Translations under genes and position numbers: made by a program
Notes under the pieces: generated by a model
Database searches by the model: none
Told to the model about the DNA's origin: nothing
Seen by the model: only the letters and a program-made list of their open reading frames with translations
Shown: positions 39,400-52,747 of the stretch, piece by piece
Position numbering within the stretch: position 1 is the first letter of the stretch
Layout: every line of letters starts with the position of its first letter
Origin: Azolla caroliniana
Taxonomy: Eukaryota > Plantae > Polypodiophyta
Direction of reading: 5' to 3'
Assembly (NCBI GenBank): GCA_043228905.1
Contig: JBHGNT010000012.1
Span: 1,736,001 to 1,800,000, forward strand
DNA: 64,000 nucleotides

Positions 39400-40450
39400 A
39401 AATCAGAAGTCGTGGCAAATATTGAAAGGTACATGAACAAATAAGCAATGAGATTTTCTTAGATAAGTTAAGATATATGGAACGCATTTTATTATTATAC
39501 ACAACAATTGTATGGATATGATAGAAAGGACCAAGATAGAATGGTGTATCATGGAGTCAAAATATGGTAAACTAAAGCAAAGAAAGGTTTTATTTCAACC
39601 CCCAAATTACTTTAATAGAAATTACCAATAAGGAAAAAGATGTGGTGCGTTGGTTGTGTAAATGACTTTACAAGTTCCACATGAAATGCGATAAAAATGC
39701 ATATTAGGTTTCTTGAATAGAGGTTGCTCATATTCACCTTCCATGCCCATTGAATTTCCTTATGGATTATTGTATTCATTTGTCTTCACCTTCCAAATGC
39801 ATCAAATTTCCTCGTGAATCAATCACTTTGATTCACCTTCCATGCCCATTGGTTTTCTTTGTGGGTAAATGGTTCATTAAGAATTCACCTTCCAAGACCA
39901 TTGGATTTCCATATAGTTAGTTGGTTCATATCCCTGCCCATTTGACTTCTATACTTTTGATGTCTTTTTCCGTGAAGACTAAAGTCAATGTCTTTTTGCT
40001 TCCATGCCGTTCCATTAGGACTTGTTCAAAACATTTAGTGGAGAATTCATTTGAGCACACTTCATTTCTGAACTTTTCTTTGAAAAGCGAAGATGGCTTT
40101 GTTTTTCATGTTATTTGGCAATGAATGTAATAAGTTCAACACCTTTTGCCGACCATACTTCAATAAGGCATGGACCCATTCTTGGGGGGCAAGTTTCTAT
40201 TGAATGCACTAGTCACCTTCAACCATCACACCACTCTTTGCTCCAGTTGTTCATACAAATATGGCCATATACTTTCATACTTTTTCACCATCTGAAGTGT
40301 GGCTGCTCACCTTCCTTAATTAAGAGACTTCCGCTTATCACTATACGATATGGCAAACCCCAATTGTATTCAATGAGCAATGTTCCTCCAATTTATGACA
40401 TGAGTTTCTTTATATGCCCTAAAAATATGCATAGGTATGTGCAAGCATAC
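39400..40450 (-). mobile_element. Decayed LINE remnant with internal ~50-bp repeats
   Basis: Stop-ridden coding-like sequence on the minus strand. TTCACCTTCCA recurs four times at 39730-39900. Confidence 0.3.
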
Positions 40451-41093
40451 ACAAATGTGACTCCATCTGCATAAATAGTACAAGTTACTACAATTACTAC
40501 CCATAAAGTGCATACATTTATAAGTTAAGGATGACTACTTGGATGCATTTTAGATCACATATATTACAATATCAATGCGATACATCTCTCTTTCTCATTC
40601 ATGTACTGGAAGGAACCCCAACCATTTCTGTCATGTGTGCCCACCCTACTAAAAACAGAGAATTGGGTGTAAGGAGAACAAGTAAACCAGTCAAATAAGT
40701 GTGGGAAAATCGGAAGAGATAGCACAGCTGATGGTCAACTCATTTGTCAGTTAAGCTTCCATTTGGTATGATGTCAACTCATTTCCTGCCTGCAAAGCTT
40801 GACATAGGCACAATAAGCCAATCAACACACAGATTTTGAATGCTATACACATGGATGATTTCAAAGACTTCTATGCCACCATGCTGTGAAGCAAAATTCC
40901 ATAATTCTCAAATGTAGAGAGTCCCGATCGAGAGAAATTTTCTTCTTTGGCCTCTTCATCTTGACATGATGCAATGTGTGAGTATTTCCTAGCATGCCAT
41001 TTGCAGTGGTGATGGCACACAGTTAATTCATCTCCTGCCATAGCACAAGTAATGATTCAGCCCACAATTTGAATGCGGGTTACAGTAGATATC

Positions 41094-42790
41094 TTATGAA
41101 GACGTAGATGAGATCAAACAAGGTTCTTCTAAACCATGAGCTTCTTCTGGACCACCACGATAATGCAAAGCAGCAGCATTCTTCAAAAGCGGGGATTCTT
41201 CTATAAGAGAATCCTCCTTTTTAGCCCTCTTCAAAGGCAGAGACTCTAATGTAACAGAATCCTCATTTTCATAGGCTTTTCTTTCATCCTCTTCTTCCTT
41301 TTCTTCCCTTTTTTCTTCTGTTTCTTTTCCTTTGCTTTCTTCTTGATGCAATTGTATTATCATATCATCAACTGAACCGTTCTTCACATCGTTTTGGTGA
41401 TTTTCTTTATGGAATGTTGCAATGGGAAACTTAGTGACTCGAGGCTTATCGGCCAATATACTACGTTGAACCTCCATGAGAGAGACCTTTCCCATAGGAG
41501 GCTCCTCTCTTAGCTTCTCATCAATGTAGTCATTGTTCACATAGTAGCCTATCCTCACAAACTCTTGACCTTTGTAAGAGCATGTCAATAGCATCACTGT
41601 TACACCGAGAATATCATCATCAGGTATTTTTGATGCATCGGGTGGATCGGCCTGCTCAACATACCAACATAGAAAATGAACTTAGGATTTCATAGACATT
41701 CAAATTCATATAATGATAACGGAAGACCCTGTTCCATTAATCAGATCCAATGTAGATACGTGATATTTTTCTCTAAAGGTCATTCGATCATGTAGTGCCC
41801 CATCATCATTCACTTTGTTATGCAAACTTTCTCACAAATTCATTGCATTTTCCCATTGTTTCCTACCGTTTCTTGTTATGGTGTAAGTTCCTGTAAATTT
41901 GTGACATTTCCTTATAGCTTCCTATCTTTATACTGCATAGCAGGAAACAGTGTCTTATTACCCCCAGTTTCTAGAACATACTTCAGAACGCCAAATGACT
42001 CCCTATAGTATGTATAAACATTCCTGCAATTTCTCTCATCTTTCCTCCTTATTTTTCTTATCCTAAATTTGTATAGACCTGTAATATTTTCTCGTCTCCT
42101 ATTTTTGATGCATGAACACAGTAGATTCCTGAACAAATGTCTCTGTATACGCTCGGATCTCCCTCCACTCAGATAAATAGAACAAAGAAGCTTGCACACC
42201 TGAAAGACGAATCTGTAACTTCCCGTATTCACGGGCCCAACCAGAACACTTTCCAGAACTTGATCATATTTCTCATCTTCCGCAGATCCGATGTATACAA
42301 GCTTCCACTCAAGATCTGCATTCCAAAAAAAAAAGTGAAAACTTAAATCCTTAATTTTCCAGCTTTGATTTCCAAACAATGATCGAATAGAGAGGTATAT
42401 TTTGGGAGAACTGAAACTCAAATCATTCCATTTTCTTCACAGATTTGTGAGGATTAATCAAAGAAAGCATACAGATTAGCTGATAACTTAATCATTTCCA
42501 GCGCATATGTGTTGAAGAAGATTGCGGATGAGCTGATAAAATTTTAATTATTTCGTTTTAACCACAGGATTATGACGTCACAATATATTAACTGAAGCAG
42601 CTTAAATCCGTCCACTTCTACGGCAATTTCATAAAACCAAGCAGCTGGTTGTAAAAGGACATTTTACTGAGGAGATCCTACCTTCTGCCAGAGGGAAATG
42701 GCATTCGTATGAAATCTCGAATTGGAAAGGGTTAAGAAAAGGCGCAGGATTGTCGAATACAGTAACGTTGGTAACGCTTACAGCACTCAT
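41094..42790 (-). CDS. ASF1: Histone chaperone ASF1 (3 coding exons)
   Basis: Exons: 42790-42682, 42315-42200, 41651-41094. Peptides MSAVSVTNVTVFDNPAPFLNPFQFEISYEC, DLEWKLVYIGSAEDEKYDQVLESVLVGPV, ADPPD, LLTCSYKGQEFVRIGYYVNNDY and ILADKPRVTKFPI, followed by an acidic tail. Confidence 0.97.
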
Positions 42791-43201
42791 TCTTTCTTTT
42801 TTCTGAAGATCGGTTGGCACAACGAGATAGTGAATTTTTAGAAGAAGAAATATGTCTTATCCCCTTCTTCGGTGCAGGCCGGATATTACCGAGAAAGCAA
42901 TGCAGAGTTAGAGGAAGAAGGAATTCGGTCGCTTCTTAGGTGCAGGTCAGAACAGAAAACAGGCCAACAGGAGAGGATTGAACAAGCAGAAGAAGGAGAA
43001 GGCGAAATAATCCGTGATTCGATTCAATTGCTGCAGGTCGGATCGAATAAGAGAATCAAGGAATCGAAGCAGAGAAACAAGGCAGAATTGAGGAAGAAGA
43101 AGAAGAAGAAGAAGAAGAAGAGAAGACTGTCTGCTGCGCCTGTGTGCGTTTTGGTGTGAAAATTATAGGTAGCTATGGCGATGGCGAAGAAAAAGGGATT
43201 A

Positions 43202-43289
43202 GCGGGAAGGCGGGAAAGCCGAGCAAATTTGATGAACAAAAAAATGAATCCCTGTCTTCTCTGCGCTTCTTCATTTTATTTTTTCCCGC
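43202..43289. promoter_or_regulatory. E2F sites upstream of ASF1
   Basis: GCGGGAAA (43210-43217, = TTTCCCGC on minus), TTTCCCGC (43282-43289) and near-match GCGGGAAG (43202-43209). Confidence 0.6.
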
Positions 43290-43386
43290 TTTTTCAAACG
43301 AAACTTTGTCTTTTGGTCAGATATCCAAAAGAAGAAGAAGAAGAAGAAGAAGAAAAAGAAGAAGAAGAGGCGTTAATAATGAAGAG

Positions 43387-43424
43387 TTTAGGGTTTAGGG
43401 TTTAGGGTTTAGAGTTTAGGGTTT
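43387..43424 (+). repeat. (TTTAGGG)5 interstitial telomere-repeat / telo-box array upstream of ASF1
   Basis: TTTAGGG x3, TTTAGAG, TTTAGGG; reads AAACCCTA on the gene strand. Confidence 0.9.
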
Positions 43425-45089
43425 GGACGAGCATTGCCTTTGTATTGGGATTGTAAATTTGATCCCATTTCTCGTAGTATGATTCGTTAATTCGGTGCAC
43501 GGATAAATGGTGTCTTGGTGCTATGTTATTGTTGCCAACTGTAATCGATCGTGTCTTTAAGGAGTTCATTAGGTTCTTTGTAATGTTGTTGTGCATCATG
43601 GATGGGTAGGTTACCCCGTAGGCCGGCCAAAGCAATATCAAGGTTCGAAGGTTGTATATTGGATGGTAGGGTGATAAATTAGTTGACGAAAAGTCACTTA
43701 TGTCAGCTAATAAGAACGAGTTATGTATAGCTCCATACATATATCGAGAGTCCAGTTTATAATGCCATCCTCGTTACTTTTAGGGTCAAATTCGTATCGG
43801 TAGAGACGCGTTCGATGTCACAAATTTTATGTTAAGCAATAACATTTGGTCTTGCACCATTAGGGTAGCTGAGTGGTATAATAACACTTATTTCACAAAC
43901 ACAACTCCCTCCCATCAATTGTGTGTTTTGCTAGAATTTTCATTAGAAGCTTGATGCAACTAGATCTTTGTTGGGTCATCTAAAGTAGTACAACACCTTA
44001 AGGAGCTTTGTGCCTATGTGACTGCCCATTGTTGTCAAGTTATTGAAATGGCCTTGTCTTTGTCATGGACAACATGAGGTCAAGCTTGTGGCACGAAATA
44101 GGTTAAAGGTAAAGAAGGATAACTAGTATCATTATGGAGCTGGAGGACATGTTCACGTTCGAATGGATGACGACATAAAAGCAAGTGGTGTGGACTAACC
44201 ATTATGGCCCACTACGTTCCATGTTCACTACATATACGATGTCTCATTCCATTCTTTTTCGTCTTTCACTACCCTTCTTTGTGGTTTTCATAGGTCATCA
44301 TGGTTAGAGCCATTGTAATGTTTTCAACCTAATCATTTCGTCATGTATGCATAATTTCTACTAACGAAGAATAATTTTTCTGAAAATAAAAAAAGCTCGT
44401 GGCATGAAACACATAATATGGCAATGTAAAGGTCGTTCCCAATAACAATATAGAATGATAGAAGCAATCAACAAGAAAGAGAAATAGAAAGAGATCATAA
44501 TTTACTAAGAAGAATAACAAAATTACAAGATTATGCAATTGGTTCATCGATGACTAATGGTTGGACTTGTGCATGTTTGCCACATCATCCATGATCGTCT
44601 CTTGACATTTATGAAATTACACCATTTGGTATTAAGCATTAGTTATGTGACATGGTGATTTTTCATACTATTGTATGTAATGCCATAACATATTAGTTAA
44701 AGTGTTGGTATGTATAATAAAGGTTACGAGTTCATCCTCATATAAGATTGGTATGGCAAGTGTGTGTGTGTGTTATTTTGTGTATCTTGGTGTATGCCAT
44801 TTCACCGCATCATTGATGGCTTCGTCCTTAGACTTCGATATGTCTCGTGCCCAATGGAGCAATGTTTAAAACGTGTTGTTTTGGACATTGTCTTCCACTT
44901 GAATTTGCAAATCACATTGTTATTTGAGTGCCATGATGCATTATGTAGTGACAATCAATTGTGCTTCAATTCGTCATCATGAAGTGGTGGTGGCATCAAA
45001 TTTGGATTGGATGATGGTGGCACTTTGATTGGCATTAGTTGCATGTTGTACAAGAGAAGTGAGGTGGTTGTCCATTTAAGGGAAGACAG

Positions 45090-46000
45090 TCTTCTTCTTC
45101 TTCTTCTTTTTAAACAAAACTACACCATAGTTTCCATTATCAATACATTAAGAGTATACAAAGCATAAAATGATACAATCTAGTGGAGGTTAATATAACA
45201 GATAAAAGGTATATCCCCCACTATGTCATAATTGAAACCAAACTCCACCTATGGAGGAAACAACCATCGAGGGGGTACATATTCCCAAACTATTTTGTCA
45301 TTTCTCTCAACGAAGACGAACAAATCCTTCCACTTGCCTTTAAAGCATTGTTGTTTTAGAAAAATGGTATCTTCATTACCATTGAAGGAGTCATATTGAC
45401 CTTTTAAAATTAAAATAAGCATCGACTAAACTTCCTTCACATAATGAACAGGATTTTGCTTTATTTGCTTAAACACATTTTTGCATCGATCTATCCAAAT
45501 ATTCCACAAAACCATTGATGATATCGTAGCCCATATTGTGGCATCCACATGCAACTGATTTGAGCTTGAATATGGTATGTCCTTAACTTGTCTCCCCTAG
45601 TTTGAAAGGTAAATAGTATATTTTCCCTTTCATAATTATGCTTATCCACATTTACATCCATCCAAAAGACATTTCCCCATGTAATCACATTAGGTCCATA
45701 CGCAACATCAATGAGGCGCAACATATTCCAAACAGAACATGCAACCATACAGTTTCATAAGGCATGTTGCATTGATTCCAAATGAAACCAAAAAAAGAGC
45801 AAGTTTTGATTCCCTCTTCCCAATGCATCCATTCGCAAACTGGAAGTGCATAGTGGACACATTACCATCATAATGTTTTGATTTTGGGAGGAATTTGCAG
45901 AGCCCACACTAACCACTCGTAGCCATTAATTAATGGCATCAATCTATGCTTCTACAAGGGGAACATGTACATCAATTACCGCTTTCTTGTAGGCAAGGTC
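45090..46000 (-). mobile_element. Decayed L1-type LINE 3' part (zf-RVT region)
   Basis: Minus-strand VWALQIPPKIKTL*W*CVHYALPVCEW..TCSF..LESMQHAL*NC matches the plant L1 ORF2 C-terminal CCHC region. A (GAA)n tail-like tract lies at ~45090-45110. Further decayed coding-like sequence extends to ~47400. Confidence 0.6.
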
Positions 46001-48839
46001 TTTGGCTCTTCTTTTGGTTAGTAACACAAAGGGACTCATGAAAATCCTATAATTTTCAGTCCATTGAGCAATGATCTCATTGATGGTATTCCGTTGTCTT
46101 CTTTGTTGTCATAGAGGTGGCATGTATTGTGTCGAGTTGTTCATCCTCATTATTTTTGTGTTTGTGTGCAACAAAATAGGTGTGTATCTTTGCGGCCTTG
46201 TTGAGTTATTCATGTTCATTATTTCAGTGTCGGCTCTCAATGACATGGGTCTATATCTATCTCGTATACTCAATCGGTGAATTCCTTCTTTGGCGAGGGT
46301 TTTGGTCTAAGCAATTACAATGACCGCATCGGTATTATTGTTATTGGCCTATTTTTGTGAAAATAGCAAAGGTGGTTTTCATCGGGAGTGTGGGTGGAGG
46401 TAATGTGGGGAGGGTCGAGAGTGTGAAGCTTTTTGGCCTCAGAGGCGAATGAGCTAGCCTTTTGAGGCTAGTCCAACTTTACATAGTTTAAGCTTGTCTT
46501 CTTGCTTCTCGAGCATTTTGATCATGGTCTTCTCCCATTCAGCCCACTCATCATTCATCTAGAGTGCGACCTATGCAAGTTGATTGACTAGCTATCAACT
46601 GAGGTTAAGGATTATCTCCTTGTGTTTGATCATGGAAAATTTGTGAGTCATGGGCCCAACAATGTTGGTTTGGTGTAAGTGCGTTTAAGACAAGGTTGAT
46701 AGAGATCCTCTTGGTCAATCACTTAGAGGAACTTGTCAATGTAGATGTCAAGGGTGACATAAAGTTTTAAGCATATACTTGGGAAGATTGTAAGAGCATG
46801 GAGGTACAATGGAGTGATTGGGGCGGAGTGCAACGATTAGAAATGGAACGGTGGTGGATATGATAGTTGAGGTGGTGGGAGTAGTGCAGTGAGGATTGAG
46901 GTTGTGGTGGATCGGTAGGTGAATCAAGGCAATGTACTGGAAACAAGTTGATGGAGAAGGTCATGAACCAGTGGGAGGTTGGGAAGGTGGGCAAGGTGAT
47001 GATGTCTTGTTTGGCATTATACTTGTTGACCATAGATGTATTGTTGAGGATGAGGAGGAAACGTAACAATGTCTAAAGTTTGGACGATGGTGGTGTTGAC
47101 ATGCAGTTGAAATGTTTGGTGGATTACGACAACTAGAACTAAAACCACATAGGTGGTTTTGGATGTCAAAGGAGGGATGTTTTGTGGTAAGGGTGGATCA
47201 ATTCTTTCAATGAGATGGTGAGTGGAAATAGAATCGTCAAGCACTAGGCCAACCACAAGATATATTCTTCTATCACGCAACTTGGAGCTTGAACCACATG
47301 ACTTTCGCACAAAGATACCCAATTGAATTTGGCCTTGATAAGCAGTGAATATGGGGCTAGGACGAGTCATGGAACGTGGGAGATCTTTTAACAATTTAAT
47401 CCCATTTTAAGGATGAATGTGGCTACTTCGTGGGATAGGGGGTTGAGGCCACCCTAAGCATGGCATGCTTATCGACTTGTGTAAGGATTGGTCCATTGTT
47501 AGATTGTCTTGCATCTCAAAAGTTGTGTTCCATGTTTGAAGTTGTGCCAAGGTGACGTACTCTTATGTCATGATGTTGAGGTTCTTATCCTCGTACACCC
47601 CTTCAACATGGGGTTGGTTGGGGGTTTTGATCACACTGAACGAGACATCAATAATCCATGGAGAGGAACATTTCATGTTGTGAATAATCCATTTTTATTA
47701 TTAGGATTACCATAAATAAAATGTCCATAGAGAGATATTTTAGAACATAATCTACATATGTTGTATAAAAATTTACATAGAGTATAATTGTTATGAACAT
47801 TGATGAATTCTACTCTTTGTAGTTCTAGATTGAAAATTTACAAATAGATATTAAATCTTTGCAGCGTCTCAATATCGAGATGACATTGAAGCATATTTAT
47901 GGGAATGGTAGAGTACTTCAAAATGTGGATGACATGATAGACAACATCGCATAGCAAACTCTTCATACAAAGGAACCACAACACAACACAGTTGTAATTG
48001 CACGCTTTGATCATTATACTTGGCAAAGCATATATAGAATTGTGTTTCTCTCATCCTTCTCTAGGAGTGCGTTGGACTCCTTCTTCAAACATGCTTCACA
48101 CATTGCTCGTGCTATGATCTATCCTACATTTGACATTGAAATTTGTCAATAAAACAAATAATTTCGAGTTTCACAATAAATTTTCCGTAACGTTAGAGAA
48201 AGTAGTTCACGAACAAAGCTCACAAGGAGTTAAACCAAACTGTTAAGATATTAAGCTCAACTAGTTTAATCTAGTTAGTCAACACATGTAACTTAGTAGT
48301 TACCTAGATTGAATCTAGTTAATGTGTTGACCTTAAGCCTTTAAACAGGACCTTGTACTTAAGTGAGATATTTTAGATCCTCCACTCCTTAGTACATTTA
48401 ATGTAGGACTTACACATAAGTACCTATGTTCTACCCACACATGTGCACCTTTGCACATGGGTTGTATATATACCTCTTTGTGGGTATTTTTGGATGTTGA
48501 TGACACTTTTCAATATAGTCAATCATCCCCCATTTATCTTTGTGTTTAAGTGTAACTTCCTCTCACACACTCTCACGCGCATATCATACTAATCTTCCAC
48601 TGCTTAACGTAATCATATAATTAGTCTCTAATTAACCCTAGTTAATTACCTAATTACTTAACTTGGTATCAGAGCACGTGGTTTTGGAAATCCACTAAGC
48701 CCACTGCTTATTCGTGATTGTGTGTTCGAGACGCCGACGACAAATCCCGGCTATTCGCTATCCGCTACCGTAGTGCCGCTACGAAGGACGTGTACGCGAC
48801 CAAGAGAAGAAAAACAAAACGGAAGACACAACAATCGAC

Positions 48840-51614
48840 ATGAACAAACAAATGGGAAGCTCACTCCCTAGCGAAAAGCTAGACTGAAGCAACTATTCAT
48901 CTTGGGAGTACAAGATGAATCAATACCTTGTCGGCCAAGGGTATTGGAGCTACATCAACAGCGCACAAGAAAACAAACCCGAAACCACACACGCCAACTA
49001 CCCAACGTGGGAGCAAGGCGTGAGTCGGGTAATGTATTGCTTGGCAACATGTGTAAACGACCACATGCTTAGCCACATTCGTGACACCAAGACGCCCAAA
49101 GAGGCGTGGGAAAATCTCAGGAAGATTTTCGCCGCGGACACATCCGCGTGCAATCTTCAACTCCAGCAAGAGTTGAACAACATACGACAAAAAGAAATGT
49201 CTGTGATGGACTACACCGCCAAGATCAAGAGCATTTGCGACTCGCTTGGCTCCATCAACGTCAACATCGACGAAGACGAGATGGTGCAAGTATGCTTGGG
49301 CGGCCTCGCACAACGATTTAACCCGTTGAGGATGGCAATCTTGGCGAGAGATACCCCTCCCTCGTTCTTCAACCTCCAATCAGTGCTATTGGTCGAAGAA
49401 AACCACGTTCAACCAAAGACCAAAACATCAGAAGGACAAATGCTCTTCTCCGATACGGATGGTGCTCATAGACGAGGTCAACGCGGAAGAGGTCAATTCG
49501 ACCTATCCCATGAAGGGAATTCACAATTTCGGCAAGGAAACGGAAGCCATCGAGGAACCTTCACAAGAAGGGGGAGCTTCCACGCCGAACAAGGTCGGCG
49601 AACGATGCCACCTACGCGCAACTATTGCGGCAAAATCGGCCATCGCGAAGAGGAGTGCCGAAAAAGACGAAGTGAGTCGGCCTCAACAAACCGACAACTC
49701 ACAAATTACGCCGTGAACGCGGAATACGCGGACTACGGCGGACTCTTTGTGATGAGGCATAGAGCGAACTCTATGATGGCCTCCGATCCCGCAAACTCCG
49801 CAAGCACCTCCAACTCCGAACACGCGTGGTTCGTAGACTCCGGCGTCTCGCACCACATGCCGTCGCACCAAGAGTGGTTTCGCGACTTGCGAACGCCGGA
49901 TCGACCCGGCTACATAGAGACCAGAGACGACACTCCGCATCCCATTCAGCACATCGGCGATGTTCCATTCGGGAAAGAAGGCGAGCAAACTTGCATCAAG
50001 AATGTCTTGCACGTGCCCACAATAACAAAGAATTTGGTCTCAGTCGGCCAAATCATGGAGCAAGGCATGCAAGTTCACTTCAACAATGAAGGTTGCTTCA
50101 TCGAGAAAGATGGTCGACTCATAGCCAAGGGATGGAGAGATGATCGCTTATTCATCCTCGATTCAAACGAGGTAAAATCGGCCATGTACACCAAAGGTCT
50201 CAAGACCGAGACAAACATCGAGTTGTGGCACAAGCGAATCGGCCACGTAAACCTCCAACGGCTTCGCGAAATGCAATCAAAGGGAGTCGTAATCGGACTC
50301 CCGGCCTTCGAATTGAAACGAGTCGATCGAGTGTGTGAAGCATGCCAACTCCGCAAACAACATTGACTCCCATTCCCGAAGGAGAGCTCCGCGAGCAAAG
50401 GCCTCCTTGACATAATCCACTCGGACGTATGGGGACCGGCTCAAACGCCGACGCTCGGCGGATGCCGCTACTACGTCACCTTCATCGACGACCACTCGAG
50501 CTACGCATGGATATACCCGATGAAGAAGAAGAGCGAAGTGCTCTCCCACTTTCAAAGGCTCAAAAGCCAAGTGGAGAAAGAAACCGGTCGGCACATTCGA
50601 TGCCTACGATCGGACGGAGGAAACGAGTACTTCTCTGACGAGTTCACCTCCTACCTCCAAGGTGAAGGCATTCCTAGAGAATTCTCATGTCGACACACTC
50701 CCCAACAAAACGGAGTAGTCGAGAGAAAGAATCGGCAAATACTCGAGGTAGCACGCGCCATGATGCGTGAGAAGCACATGCCGAACTTCTATTGGGCGGA
50801 AGCGGCATCCACGACCGTCTTTCTCATGAACCGATGCACCACCAATGGAGTCCACGAGCTTACTCCATACGAGATCTTCATTGGAAGAAAGCCCATCCTC
50901 TCGCACCTCAAGGTGTTCAGAAGCATTGCGAATGTACGCATCCCGAACGAAAGTCGAGAGAAGCCCGACGCGAAGTCGAAAGAATGTATCCTCATAGGAT
51001 ACTTGTCCGCGAAAAAGGCGTACAAGTGCTTCAACCCCTCGACCCAAGCGGTGCGGATAAGTCGCGACGTCGTTTTCGACGAATCGGCATCTTGGTATAA
51101 GCCCGATGCGACTCCATCCGACCCGATCGAGGAAGAGTTGAACGCCAACTCGAACGACGAAACTCGGCCAAGTCCTCCACCGAAGGACAATCCAAGCTCT
51201 ACCGAGCTAATTGGCCCACAAGAGCCTCCACGCGATGAAAACACGTCGCGGCCAAGTCCGACGTCGGACAAAGGCAAGGGTAAGATGCCCGAATATGAAG
51301 TCGAGGTCCACACCGATGACCGTGATTCGGATGACTCGGCTTGCTCACTAGACAGTGAGTTCGGTGTACCCATCATGAGGACACCCGGAGTAAAGAAGGC
51401 ACTCACATCGACAAACGAGAAACTCCGTCGCTCATCACGAGCGAAGACCCAAGTCACTCGTTACGCCTACAACGAGTATATGGCCCATCACTATGCCCTC
51501 GCGATGAAGGTAGTGGCCGAACAAGAGCCCGAGGATCCAAGCCTTCGTCACAGGCTTGAGGGGGAGAACAAAGTTGTGCAACGATGCCGCGAAGACGCGA
51601 AGAAACCCGCGTAA
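48840..51614 (+). pseudogene. Copia gag-protease-integrase polyprotein, inactivated and truncated before RT
   Basis: Single frame with premature TGA codons at ~48885 and 50364, both consistent with CGA>TGA. Motifs: mutated knuckle RNYCGKIGHREEEC, protease WFVDSGVSHH, integrase WHKRIGH..CEAC, HSDVWGP, RSDGGNEY, VERKNR. Similarity ends at EQEPE (~51531). Confidence 0.92.
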
Positions 51615-52135
51615 CGCCGCGCAACAAAGCCGCGGAGACACGAAGAAGGCCGCGCAACGCCACGAAAAACAAAGCCGCGGAGAACTGCACAACGAAGCTG
51701 CGAAGACGCGAAGAAAGCCGCGCAACGCCGCGAAGAAAGCCGCAAGCTGCACCGATGCCGACAGAGCCGAAGGAAGCTAAACCGGACGTTGGACGCCTCA
51801 CACTTGAGCTTGAGGGGGCGTGTTGAGATATCAAGCTCAACTAGTTTAATCTAGTTAGTCAACACATGTAACTTAGTAGTTACCTAGATCGAATCTAGTT
51901 AATGGGTTGACCTTAAGCCTTTAAACAGGACCTTGTACTTAAGTGGGATATTCTAGATCCTCCACTCCTTAGTACATTTAATGTAGGATTTACACATAAG
52001 TACCTATGTTCTACCCACACATGTGCACCTTTGCACATGGGTTGTATATATACCTCTTTGTGGGTATTTTTGGATGTTGATGACACTTTTCAATATAGTC
52101 AATCATCCCCCATTTATCTTTGTGTTTAAGTGTAA

Positions 52136-52216
<81 letters not shown>

Positions 52217-52350
52217 CGGTCGTGCGCCAGCAGCAACGGTCGTGCGCCACGCTGTCGTCGCTGCCATCTGCGACGTCTGTCGCCGCCTGCTACCGAGTTG
52301 CAGTCCCCCCCCATCGTGCGCTGTTGTCGTCTGTTGCCGCGCTGCCGCCT

Positions 52351-52500
52351 CTGACGTCCGTCGCCGTCTGCTGACGTCCGTCGCCGTCTGCTGACGTCCG
52401 TCGCCGTCTGCTGCCGTCTGTTGACGTCCGTCGCCGTCTGCTGCCGTCTGCTGCCGTCCGTCGCCGTCTGCTGACGTCCGTTGCCGTCTGCTGCCGTCGG
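52351..52500 (+). repeat. Fifteen phased decamers in the LINE 5' UTR
   Basis: CTGACGTCCG / TCGCCGTCTG / CTGCCGTCTG units in exact 10-bp register. Confidence 0.9.
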
Positions 52501-52747
52501 CGTGCTGGACGACCTACTGCAGTTCGTCATCATCCGTTGTAGTCGCCGTTGCCGTTGCCGTGCTCTTCTCCACCTTGTTTCTTGAGGTTGCCGAGTGTCA
52601 CGTTTCTTCTCTTGGCGGCGCATCCTTGTTCTTTTAGCGTGCTCGTCGTGTGCGAAATGCCAATGTGACTACGACATAACACAAACTCGGCTAAGTCTCG
52701 AACCCATTTATTTTATCCTTTTTTTTTCTTTTCTTATTGGCACTACA

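Noticed and set aside
43387-43424. True telomere or chromosome fusion site
   Set aside because: Only five units, located at a gene promoter, as expected for telo-boxes.
52011-52623. ER/SL-repeat and QQTATD-repeat ORFs
   Set aside because: Translations of (CT)n and the decamer array.
52595-52747. 51-aa N-terminal extension of LINE ORF1
   Set aside because: It starts at GTG and crosses a T-rich UTR-like tract; ATG 52748 is the plausible start.
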